In this document: piece by piece, positions 35,063 to 41,268 of the stretch
Layout of the letters: each line of letters opens with the position of its first letter
Position numbering within the stretch: the stretch's first letter is position 1
DNA from: a phage
Sequence record: PX216937.1
DNA length: 41,268 bases
Reading direction: 5' to 3' (one strand)
Translations under genes and position numbers: made by a program
The notes under the pieces: generated by a model
What the model saw: only the letters and a program-made list of their open reading frames with translations
What the model was told of the DNA's origin: nothing
Databases searched by the model: none

Positions 35063-37714
35063 TTAGGCAAACGCAAAGTCTGACTTAAGGATTTCTTGGA
35101 GGTCAAGAGCGCCTTTAGCTGGCATCTCAGGCATCTTGTCAAGCTGTGACTCGTGCAACTGGTCAGCAAACTGTTCATAGAAGTCTGCAAGTACATCGTT
35201 CTCTTCGTAAGTGTTAACCATCGTTTCACGCACTGCTTTAAACAGGTTGCCAGCATCAGCAGGAATAGTACCAAAGGAGTCATGAATCAGTGCAAAGGAT
35301 TCCACACCGTAGACCTCATTGGAGCGAACCACAGTCATGCGCAGGTGACTACCATCCATTGAGTGAACAAAGTTAGGTGCGATGCCTGACTCCTGCTTAC
35401 GTGCGTCAATTCCGCTATCCTTGTTGGTGTTCACGGTAGGCTGCAAACGAATCTGCCCCAAGAACATCAGGTTCAAACGAGTCTGTACTGGCTTCTTGTA
35501 TTCCTGCCAGACCGGGAAGCCATCAGGAGTTACCCAATGTACCGCGCAGCGCTTGCGGAGAACCTCTTTAGTCTTCTTGTCCTTGACTTCAGCAGCCAGA
35601 AGTTTAGCAGCAGACTTCAACCAGTTCATCGCTTCAACCGCTGCGACAACTGTGACCGTTACAGCGTTCCAAATCAGTTTAGCCATATAGCCAGCCGCTT
35701 GGTTCGGTTGAGTGAACATCAATCCCTTGCCATCGTCGATAGCGGGCTGAATGGTGTCCTCAAGAACTTGGTCACGGAAGCCGTACTCTTTGGAACCGTA
35801 AGCCAACGTCATGACAGAACGTTTAGTGACCTTGCGGGTTACACCGTATGCCAGCCACTGACCAGCCAGTTCCTTCGTGCCTAACTTCAGCTTCTCAGTG
35901 ATTTCTCCCGTGTCCTTATTGGTCACTGTCTCTACTTCGTTGTCGGTCCCGTTGATAACATCTTGATTCAGGATTTCGTTAACACGGTCAGCAACAATGC
36001 GGTAGATGTCTTGGACTTCCTTGCTCGGCAGCAGGTTAACAGCGCGTCCACCTACTTCATCACGCAGCATTGCAGAGAAGTGCTGAATACCAGAGCAAGA
36101 GCCATCGAACGCCAGCGGCAGAGAGCAGTTGTAGTTCATACCGTGGTGCTGCACACCTGCATACTCAAAGCAGAATGCGAGGAAGCAGAACGGAGAGTCT
36201 TGTTCAGCCCACCAAGTGTTAGCAATAGGGTCAGCCGCAACGCTCATGATGTTCTCGTGGTTGTCCTCAATGAACTTGATGCGTTCTGCAAAGTCCACCT
36301 TGTCCACACCAGCAGTGTTTGCACCGTGAATCTTCAGCCAGTAGTACCCATCGACACCAATCGGTTTACCTTTAGCGAGCGTTAACAGACCCTTGGTCAT
36401 GTCGTTGCCTTGCGGGTTGAACATCGGTACAGCGTACACACGACCGCGCCAGTCCATGTTCATCGGGAACCAGATAGCTTTAAACTGTGCGAACTTATTG
36501 GCTTGTCCTAACATGAACTCCATGCTCATGCGACGAGACACGCGAGCCTTCTCTTTGCGATAGATTGCGGAGGCCGCTTTCTTCCACGCTTTCAGAGCCG
36601 CTTCGTTCGTGTCGATGTCTTCAGGTTTGACCGGAAGTTCACCACGTTCGAGAGCAGGTACATCTTCAACCGGGCAATGCTTCCAGTTCACAATCTCGTT
36701 GACCACTGCCAGAACCTTCTTGTTAATCTTCCAAGGAGTATTCTGTGCGATGTTCACCGCCTTGTAAACTTCAGGCATGTACACGTCGTTGTAACGCTCA
36801 AGTCCCTTCTTGGAACCAGTGCGAACCAGAGAGAGAGGCTTGCGACCAGCAGCCCAATATCCACCACCTACCGGAGAAGTCCAAGGCTTCGGCGGGACCA
36901 CACAAGGTTGGTACATTGGAGCGATTGCAGCCAGTGCGCCAGCACGTTTAGATAGCAGGTCAACATATTGCTCGGTTAACTGGATGTACTCACCATCCTT
37001 CTCAACGTTACCAGCAAACGGTCGGTGTAACTCAACGAGACCAGTAGACCCGATGAGCAGTTCCAACATGCGCACACCAACGTGGATTGATTCTTCAGGT
37101 GTCCATGTAGTCCACTTGGTTTGCAGTTGACCAGCATCTAACATCTTGCCTTCTACAGCTTGCATGAATGCTTTCTTGTAGACGATACCAACGCGCTTGT
37201 TCAGTGCCTCCTGTACGTGATTCTTAAAGTGTTTCGCTTCTTCATCACGAATGCGTCCGAAACGTAACTCATCTTCAATGCTACGACCAATCTTAGTGGC
37301 GACCGATTGAAGGTTCGTGTATTCCTCTTTCGTCAAGCAAGCCAGTGTGACCTTCAGTGTGATGAATGCGGCAGCTTCCGGTGCAATCTTCTGTACCAGA
37401 TTGTAGGCCACTGGACGCTTGCCACGCTTAGCTTCCACTTCGGTGAACCAAGTGTTCCATGCTTCAATGAACTTCGGTGCGAGAGATGACAGGAGCGGTT
37501 TAGCCACTGCGTTATCACCGAATTCACCAGCTTTGATTTGACGTTCCATAGCCTTCAGGAAACGCTTCTCGCCTTCGGTGTGCGCTTCGTGTTCCAACTC
37601 AAGCTGCGTAGCTGCAAGCTGTGCGCCATAATGGTCAGCCAGAATGTTGTACGGCTGAATTGCGTTAGCGATGTCAGAGAAGTCGTTCTTTGGTGCGTTG
37701 ATTACGTTAGTCAT
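35063..37714 (-). CDS. 1: Single-subunit DNA-directed RNA polymerase (T7 RNAP family)
   Basis: 883 aa, the same length as T7 RNAP; long identical blocks (GRRPLALVRT-like, KAIWFP.NMDWRGRVYAV, GNDMTKGLLTLAKGKPIG, DSPFCFLAFCFEYAGVQHHG, LPLAFDGSCSGIQHFSAMLRDEVGGRAVNLLPS, specificity-loop region NTNKDSGIDARKQESGIAPNFVHS, C-terminal FAFA). Confidence 0.99.
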   Translation of the reverse strand: MTNVINAPKNDFSDIANAIQPYNILADHYGAQLAATQLELEHEAHTEGEKRFLKAMERQIKAGEFGDNAVAKPLLSSLAPKFIEAWNTWFTEVEAKRGKRPVAYNLVQKIAPEAAAFITLKVTLACLTKEEYTNLQSVATKIGRSIEDELRFGRIRDEEAKHFKNHVQEALNKRVGIVYKKAFMQAVEGKMLDAGQLQTKWTTWTPEESIHVGVRMLELLIGSTGLVELHRPFAGNVEKDGEYIQLTEQYVDLLSKRAGALAAIAPMYQPCVVPPKPWTSPVGGGYWAAGRKPLSLVRTGSKKGLERYNDVYMPEVYKAVNIAQNTPWKINKKVLAVVNEIVNWKHCPVEDVPALERGELPVKPEDIDTNEAALKAWKKAASAIYRKEKARVSRRMSMEFMLGQANKFAQFKAIWFPMNMDWRGRVYAVPMFNPQGNDMTKGLLTLAKGKPIGVDGYYWLKIHGANTAGVDKVDFAERIKFIEDNHENIMSVAADPIANTWWAEQDSPFCFLAFCFEYAGVQHHGMNYNCSLPLAFDGSCSGIQHFSAMLRDEVGGRAVNLLPSKEVQDIYRIVADRVNEILNQDVINGTDNEVETVTNKDTGEITEKLKLGTKELAGQWLAYGVTRKVTKRSVMTLAYGSKEYGFRDQVLEDTIQPAIDDGKGLMFTQPNQAAGYMAKLIWNAVTVTVVAAVEAMNWLKSAAKLLAAEVKDKKTKEVLRKRCAVHWVTPDGFPVWQEYKKPVQTRLNLMFLGQIRLQPTVNTNKDSGIDARKQESGIAPNFVHSMDGSHLRMTVVRSNEVYGVESFALIHDSFGTIPADAGNLFKAVRETMVNTYEENDVLADFYEQFADQLHESQLDKMPEMPAKGALDLQEILKSDFAFA

Positions 37715-37740
37715 TGTTGCCTCACGTTGTTAAGAAAGTT

Positions 37741-37790
37741 TATCTATAAAGGCCAGCAGTCAGTGCCGACCTTGAAGATACACCTTATCA
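37741..37790 (-). promoter_or_regulatory. RNase III-type hairpin (R1-like) between gene 0.7 and gene 1
   Basis: Minus-strand AAGGUCGGCACUGACUGCUGGCCUU imperfect hairpin; no phage promoter here, consistent with host-RNAP transcription of gene 1. Confidence 0.45.
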
Positions 37791-38888
37791 GCCCATCAGT
37801 TTAGCGTCAAGTACCTTGTCGATGTTCAAAGGGAGACCCGCTTGGATTGCGAGGCGGTCCCCTAGTAGCCACTTAAGGCCGTTCACTTGGTCAATCTTGC
37901 GTATCGTTGCATTACCATTACGCAGCCAGAAGTCATGCCATGCAGACCCCATGAGCATCTCGGCACGGCGTTCGTTGCGCTCAATCGCACCGCGTTCCCT
38001 GCGGATTGCCATAAAATGTAAGCGGTCACGTTCAGCTACCTTAGCACGTAACTTACGGTTGCGCTTACGGCGTTTCATGTTAGATTTCTTGTTCATCCAG
38101 TAAGTGCCTTTAGGGTCACGCTTGGCCTTGCGGTTGCGACAGCGTTCAATGATGCGCTCGTTAGCTATCGCCTCAACCTCGGCAATCAGTGCTTCAGGGT
38201 CCAGAGGAAAACCGTCCTCACGTTCACGGTCATGTGAGAAACTCACCGGGTCAGTGATGTACGGAACATCGTTATCGTCGAACATAATGTTCCCGCTGTG
38301 CATGTCGAAGGACGCAATGCCATGGAAGAACTCACGAATCAGCTTGCATGTCTCAACAAACTCCCCGTCCCACCCAGTGCGGAAGTCATAAGCCCCAGAG
38401 TTCCACTCAATAACCTCACGTGCAATATCAGCGTACTCGTCGTGCACCTTGTTACCAAGTGGCGCACATTCATTCAGGGCATCGAGAACCACCGTGTAGC
38501 AACCTGCATGACGTGCTACGTGATAGACGTTAGGGATACCCGCTCGGCCTTGGTGCATCCTACAGAATGCAGTGTATGCAGCACCTGAATCCTCTTTCTT
38601 AAAGCCAACCTTGATGACCCGACCCGGTAACAATTCGTGCGAGTAGGCCGCGCTAAAGTGACCATTGCCTAACATGCGGAACCCTGCATCACGCATCAGT
38701 GCGCCCAATGTGTGCCACCAGTCCTGATACTCCAAGCCGTTCGAGCCATCGGTGTCGTTACCATCGCATGTTTCACCGTTCACGATGTCAGCAGCCAGTG
38801 CAACCAGAAGAGGCTGGCGCTTGTCCAAGTCGCTAATCGGAAGAGACTTGATGATTGCCAGACGTGCCTGAATGTCGGTGTAGTTCAT
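37788..38888 (-). CDS. 0.7: Serine/threonine protein kinase with host-shutoff region (gp0.7)
   Basis: 366 aa; ETCDG, GFKMLGNGHFSAAYSH.LLP.RVIKVGFKKEDSGAAYTAFCRM.QGR.GIPNVY, HAGCYTVVLDAL, GWDGEFVETCKLIR.FF.GIASFDMHSGNIMF and DVPYITDPVSFS match recalled T7 gp0.7. Confidence 0.95.
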   Translation of the reverse strand: MNYTDIQARLAIIKSLPISDLDKRQPLLVALAADIVNGETCDGNDTDGSNGLEYQDWWHTLGALMRDAGFRMLGNGHFSAAYSHELLPGRVIKVGFKKEDSGAAYTAFCRMHQGRAGIPNVYHVARHAGCYTVVLDALNECAPLGNKVHDEYADIAREVIEWNSGAYDFRTGWDGEFVETCKLIREFFHGIASFDMHSGNIMFDDNDVPYITDPVSFSHDREREDGFPLDPEALIAEVEAIANERIIERCRNRKAKRDPKGTYWMNKKSNMKRRKRNRKLRAKVAERDRLHFMAIRRERGAIERNERRAEMLMGSAWHDFWLRNGNATIRKIDQVNGLKWLLGDRLAIQAGLPLNIDKVLDAKLMG

Positions 38889-38909
38889 TAGATTGTGTCC
38901 TATTTAAGT

Positions 38910-39128
38910 TTAAGAAATAGCGTTCAATGTATTGGTTAATGCTTGTTCGAGTGCTGCGAGCTTCTGTGCTTTGACCTTGGCCTTTCGTCTATGCCATGCA
39001 GCCCGCTCCTGTTCCTTGCGTCGTTCGAGGTTGTTCTCACGCCAAGTTCTCACGATACGCCTGTTTGCTGCATTGAGTGTACCATTAGACCTATAGCCTT
39101 TCTTCAGTTCATCAGTGTGTTGCAACAT
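38910..39128 (-). CDS. Hypothetical small basic early protein
   Basis: 72-aa ORF, Arg/Lys-rich, coiled-coil-like; lies in the early region between the SAMase-like gene and the kinase. Confidence 0.5.
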   Translation of the reverse strand: MLQHTDELKKGYRSNGTLNAANRRIVRTWRENNLERRKEQERAAWHRRKAKVKAQKLAALEQALTNTLNAIS

Positions 39129-39324
39129 AGAAGATACCTACCTTGTTAGCCTTAAAGCGCCCGTTGAGTTCACGGACTGTGAATCGTGGTAGAAAGCCAT
39201 ACTTCAGGTGCGAGAAGTTAGCCTTGTGTACCTTGAGACCCTTGCGGAAGTCCCGAAGGAAGTACGCCCCAATCAGAGCGTACATTGTGATTACGAAGAG
39301 TGCGACCATTAGACCACCTTCCAA
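39112..39324 (-). CDS. Hypothetical small early protein with N-terminal hydrophobic segment
   Basis: 70-aa ORF (the true start may be the internal Met MVALFVITMYALIGAYFL); overlaps the SAMase stop by a few codons. Confidence 0.45.
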   Translation of the reverse strand: MEGGLMVALFVITMYALIGAYFLRDFRKGLKVHKANFSHLKYGFLPRFTVRELNGRFKANKVGIFYVATH

Positions 39325-39764
39325 CCACGTCCGAACTCATCGACCGTGTAGTTACCAGTCAGTTCAGCATCTTGTGCGACCATCTGGAAAGACCCAATGC
39401 GCTCAGTCTTCCAACCACCCAAGCCACCAGCAAAGATTAGTGCGGCGCTGTGAGTCTGTGCCTTATAGACCAGCACACAGTCTTGCTCATAGTCGTTACA
39501 AGCCAACCGTGCGACACTTACAGCTTGTGCCTTGGTTGTGCAGCGTACTCGGATGGTTTGCTCTTCAGCGGGTGACTCCATGCCAGCCTCATGGTAACAA
39601 CCTGTCAAGTCAGTAGACTCAACACTGCCATATTCCATCGGTGCATTGCGTAAGCTGTTGACTAAGCGACGATGACGGCTAAGGTTATCCAAGTGGTGCA
39701 GGTTAGAGCGGAACGCTGATACCAGTACATAGAATACGTTTGCAGGCTCGTTAGTGTAAATCAT
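39309..39764 (-). CDS. S-adenosyl-L-methionine hydrolase/lyase (T3-type SAMase-like anti-restriction protein)
   Basis: 151 aa, MIYTNEPANVFYVLVSAFRSNL...YGSVESTDLTGCY...VRC..KAQA..VARLACN..EQDCVLVYK.QTH...TIDEFGR.W.V; strong resemblance to the T3 gene 0.3 SAMase as I recall it (152 aa). Confidence 0.8.
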   Translation of the reverse strand: MIYTNEPANVFYVLVSAFRSNLHHLDNLSRHRRLVNSLRNAPMEYGSVESTDLTGCYHEAGMESPAEEQTIRVRCTTKAQAVSVARLACNDYEQDCVLVYKAQTHSAALIFAGGLGGWKTERIGSFQMVAQDAELTGNYTVDEFGRGWKVV

Positions 39765-39786
39765 GATAGTGCCTCATTATGTGTGT

Positions 39787-39840
39787 GTTAGTGATAATCA
39801 AAAAGGCCACTCGCTAGGAGCGACCTTGAGTTTATCACTC
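39787..39840 (-). promoter_or_regulatory. RNase III-type hairpin (R0.5-like) between the Ocr and SAMase-like genes
   Basis: gataatcaaaaaggccactcgctaggagcgaccttgagtttatcac; imperfect hairpin of the same family as 40210..40265. Confidence 0.5.
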
Positions 39841-40179
39841 AGCAGACTCTTCGACTTCCTCAAGATATTCGTCCAGTAAGTCCTCAGCGTCTTCCCAAAG
39901 GTCAATCGTTAATTGCTCATAGATACGTGCTTGCAGAATACGGATTACATCCTTGGTGTCCGGCATCAGACCAGAATCCTCAAACTCAAGGTTAATGCCT
40001 TCGCTTGCCATTACGCTGAAAACCTCGCTGTAGTAGTGCGGAACAGCATTATCAGCAGCCATGTGCACTGCATCGTGCAGGCCATCAGTGTCACGGATGT
40101 CATCATAACGGATGTTTTCTTTCAGCATTTCGTAAGCGTGGTCAAAAACGTTGTTATAAGTCATGTTAGACATAGCCAT
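39835..40179 (-). CDS. 0.3: Ocr (overcome classical restriction) DNA-mimic anti-restriction protein
   Basis: 114 aa, [48 protein letters not shown]...[56 protein letters not shown]; near-identical to recalled T7 Ocr. Confidence 0.97.
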   Translation of the reverse strand: MAMSNMTYNNVFDHAYEMLKENIRYDDIRDTDGLHDAVHMAADNAVPHYYSEVFSVMASEGINLEFEDSGLMPDTKDVIRILQARIYEQLTIDLWEDAEDLLDEYLEEVEESAE

Positions 40180-40209
40180 CTTGTGTTACCTCATGTGGTT
40201 GTTAGTCAG

Positions 40210-40265
40210 TGATTATCAAAAAGGCTCCTCGTATAGTGCTTTCGAGTCACCTTGAGTTAATCACT
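40210..40265 (-). promoter_or_regulatory. RNase III-type hairpin (R0.3-like) upstream of the Ocr gene
   Basis: Minus-strand GUGAUUAACUCAAGGUGACUCGAAAGCACUAUACGAGGAGCCUUUUUGAUAAUCAC imperfect hairpin. Confidence 0.5.
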
Positions 40266-40534
40266 ATCGGCTTCGTCACTGTTTAAACGCTAGTGCGTTC
40301 ACGTCATCCCGTAGTTCTTGACTACCTGTCTCGCAGTAGGGAATTACACGACCAAATTGTTAAAGAACTTTAAGTGCAGGTTTGTTAGCACCGAGTCACT
40401 TTCAGTGTGTGACCTCACAAGAACGTTATGTATGTTTCCGACAAGCTCTTTATTATCGTGGTCGCTTGTGCTTTCGGCATCTATCCACTATGTCGCGTTT
40501 TTACACCTACGACACTCGGTGTCTACTGCGATAC

Positions 40535-40564
40535 ATCTTACATCTTGTTGTTGCTGCTTGTCAA
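40535..40564 (-). promoter_or_regulatory. Host sigma70-type early promoter (A3-position): TTGACA - 18 bp - TAAGAT
   Basis: Minus-strand TTGACAagcagcaacaacaagatgTAAGAT; the hexamers are the same as those I recall for a T7 early promoter. Confidence 0.55.
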
Positions 40565-40630
40565 CTACTTTTGTTTGTCACCGTGACACCTCATGTTGTT
40601 TCATAGGGCGACCATTTGTTGACGACTGCT

Positions 40631-40659
40631 ATACTACGTTATTGCTTTCGTTGAGTCAA
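40631..40659 (-). promoter_or_regulatory. Host sigma70-type early promoter (A2-position): TTGACT - 17 bp - TAGTAT
   Basis: Minus-strand TTGACTcaacgaaagcaataacgTAGTAT. Confidence 0.5.
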
Positions 40660-40765
40660 CCACTTTCTTATGTCTGGTTGATGACTACTTGAGACCCTTC
40701 AGCATTACCAGATAACTCGCGGTCTTGTCTGGTAGTTGATAGCGTTGTGTCTCTCAACGGTTGCT

Positions 40766-40794
40766 ATAGTCTCATAGTTGTTTCTCAGAGTCAA
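40766..40794 (-). promoter_or_regulatory. Host sigma70-type early promoter (A1-position): TTGACT - 17 bp - GACTAT
   Basis: Minus-strand TTGACTctgagaaacaactatgaGACTAT, followed by ...GAGAGACACAACG, which resembles the T7 A1 initial transcribed region (GAGAGGGACACGG). Confidence 0.45.
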
Positions 40795-40869
40795 CCATTA
40801 GTTGAAACTTTAAGTAGTCTTAGAGTCTCTTTAAGTTAGACATATAGAGAAGGGCAATCAACATAGACC

Positions 40870-40892
40870 ATTCTCAATAGTGAGTCGTATAG
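40870..40892 (-). promoter_or_regulatory. Phage RNAP promoter (phiOL-like), CTATACGACTCACTATTGAGAAT
   Basis: Promoter-like match near the genome left end, upstream of the sigma70 promoters, as phiOL is in T7. Confidence 0.65.
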
Positions 40893-40959
40893 CTGTATGG
40901 TCTTTAAGGCTGGTCTAATAGTGGTAACGATAGGTGTCTATAGACTGAAGGCACCGACT

Positions 40960-41230
40960 GAAGGTTAACATAAGGATAGGCAGCCATAAGGATAGACATA
41001 AGGTTAGCGTAGCTAATAAGAGGTGACATAAGGTGTTAACTCTAAGAGGAAACATAAGGTGATTACAGATAGGGACACAGAGAGGACTACATATAGTGGT
41101 CATAAGGTCCCACTAAGCACTACATCTAGTGGTAACACCCAAAGTTAACCCAATGTCTCACATAAGGATTGACATTAAGTAAACCATAAGTTAACATAAG
41201 GGGTGGCACTCTTTGGGTGGAACTGAAGGA
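40960..41230. repeat. Array of CATAAGG heptamers (about 9 copies, with CTAAGAG variants) at the genome end; similar copies at 100..350
   Basis: Repeated acataagg/ccataagg/tcataagg at irregular spacing across the terminal repeat and adjacent unique sequence at both genome ends. Confidence 0.6.
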
Positions 41231-41268
41231 GGCCATAGGGGGGAACTCGGTGTGTATGAACTATGAGA
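41071..41268. repeat. Direct terminal repeat (copy at the phage left end); identical to 1..198
   Basis: Exact 198-bp identity with the window start. Confidence 0.85.

Noticed and set aside
40590-40640. Plus-strand sigma70-like promoter (TTGACG ... TATACT near 40617..40637)
   Set aside because: The spacing between the hexamers is only about 5 bp, and the orientation is opposite to all early genes. It is the reverse-complement shadow of the minus-strand early promoter region.
40960-41230. Possible CRISPR array suggested by the regularly recurring CATAAGG motif
   Set aside because: The repeats are only 7-8 bp with irregular 6-20 bp spacing, not 28-37-bp repeats with unique spacers. This looks like a phage end-repeat array, not CRISPR.

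Overview
This window is a complete genome of a T7-like podophage (Autographiviridae/Studiervirinae-type organisation), about 41.3 kb, written as the reverse complement of the conventional T7 map: essentially all genes are on the minus strand and phage left-to-right order runs from high to low coordinates. Bases 1..198 are repeated exactly at 41071..41268, consistent with direct terminal repeats. Most T7 genes are recognisable by protein similarity recalled from memory (no database search was run): Ocr (0.3), protein kinase (0.7), single-subunit RNA polymerase (1), 1.1, 1.2, ligase (1.3), 1.7, 2, SSB (2.5), endonuclease I (3), lysozyme/amidase (3.5), primase-helicase (4), 4.3, DNA polymerase (5), 5.5, 5.7, exonuclease (6), 6.5, 6.7, 7, 7.3, portal (8), scaffold (9), capsid (10A, with a likely 10B frameshift form), tail tube (11, 12), internal core proteins (13-16), tail fibre (17), holin (17.5), terminase (18, 19), spanins (18.5/18.7) and 19.5. 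About 20 copies of a T7-type phage promoter (consensus TAATACGACTCACTATTGGGA on the minus strand), three sigma70-type early promoters, RNase III-type hairpins and T-phi/TE-like terminators are visible. The features most worth a second look are: (1) a 254-bp mosaic insertion directly upstream of the DNA polymerase gene that adds a second copy of the phi4.3 promoter and an in-frame gp5-N-terminus/gp4-tail fusion ORF; (2) a T3-type SAMase-like gene immediately after Ocr; (3) a 903-aa tail fibre with a T7-like N-terminus and a long non-T7 C-terminal module; (4) two HNH endonuclease genes bracketing genes 5.5-5.7, with gene 5.9 not found; (5) an uncharacterised membrane/coiled-coil/Cys-rich ORF in the origin region between gene 1 and gene 1.1. 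Coordinates for non-CDS features were counted by eye and are approximate (about +/-2 bp); my by-eye counts disagreed with the ORF track by 1 bp in places, so CDS coordinates follow the track.
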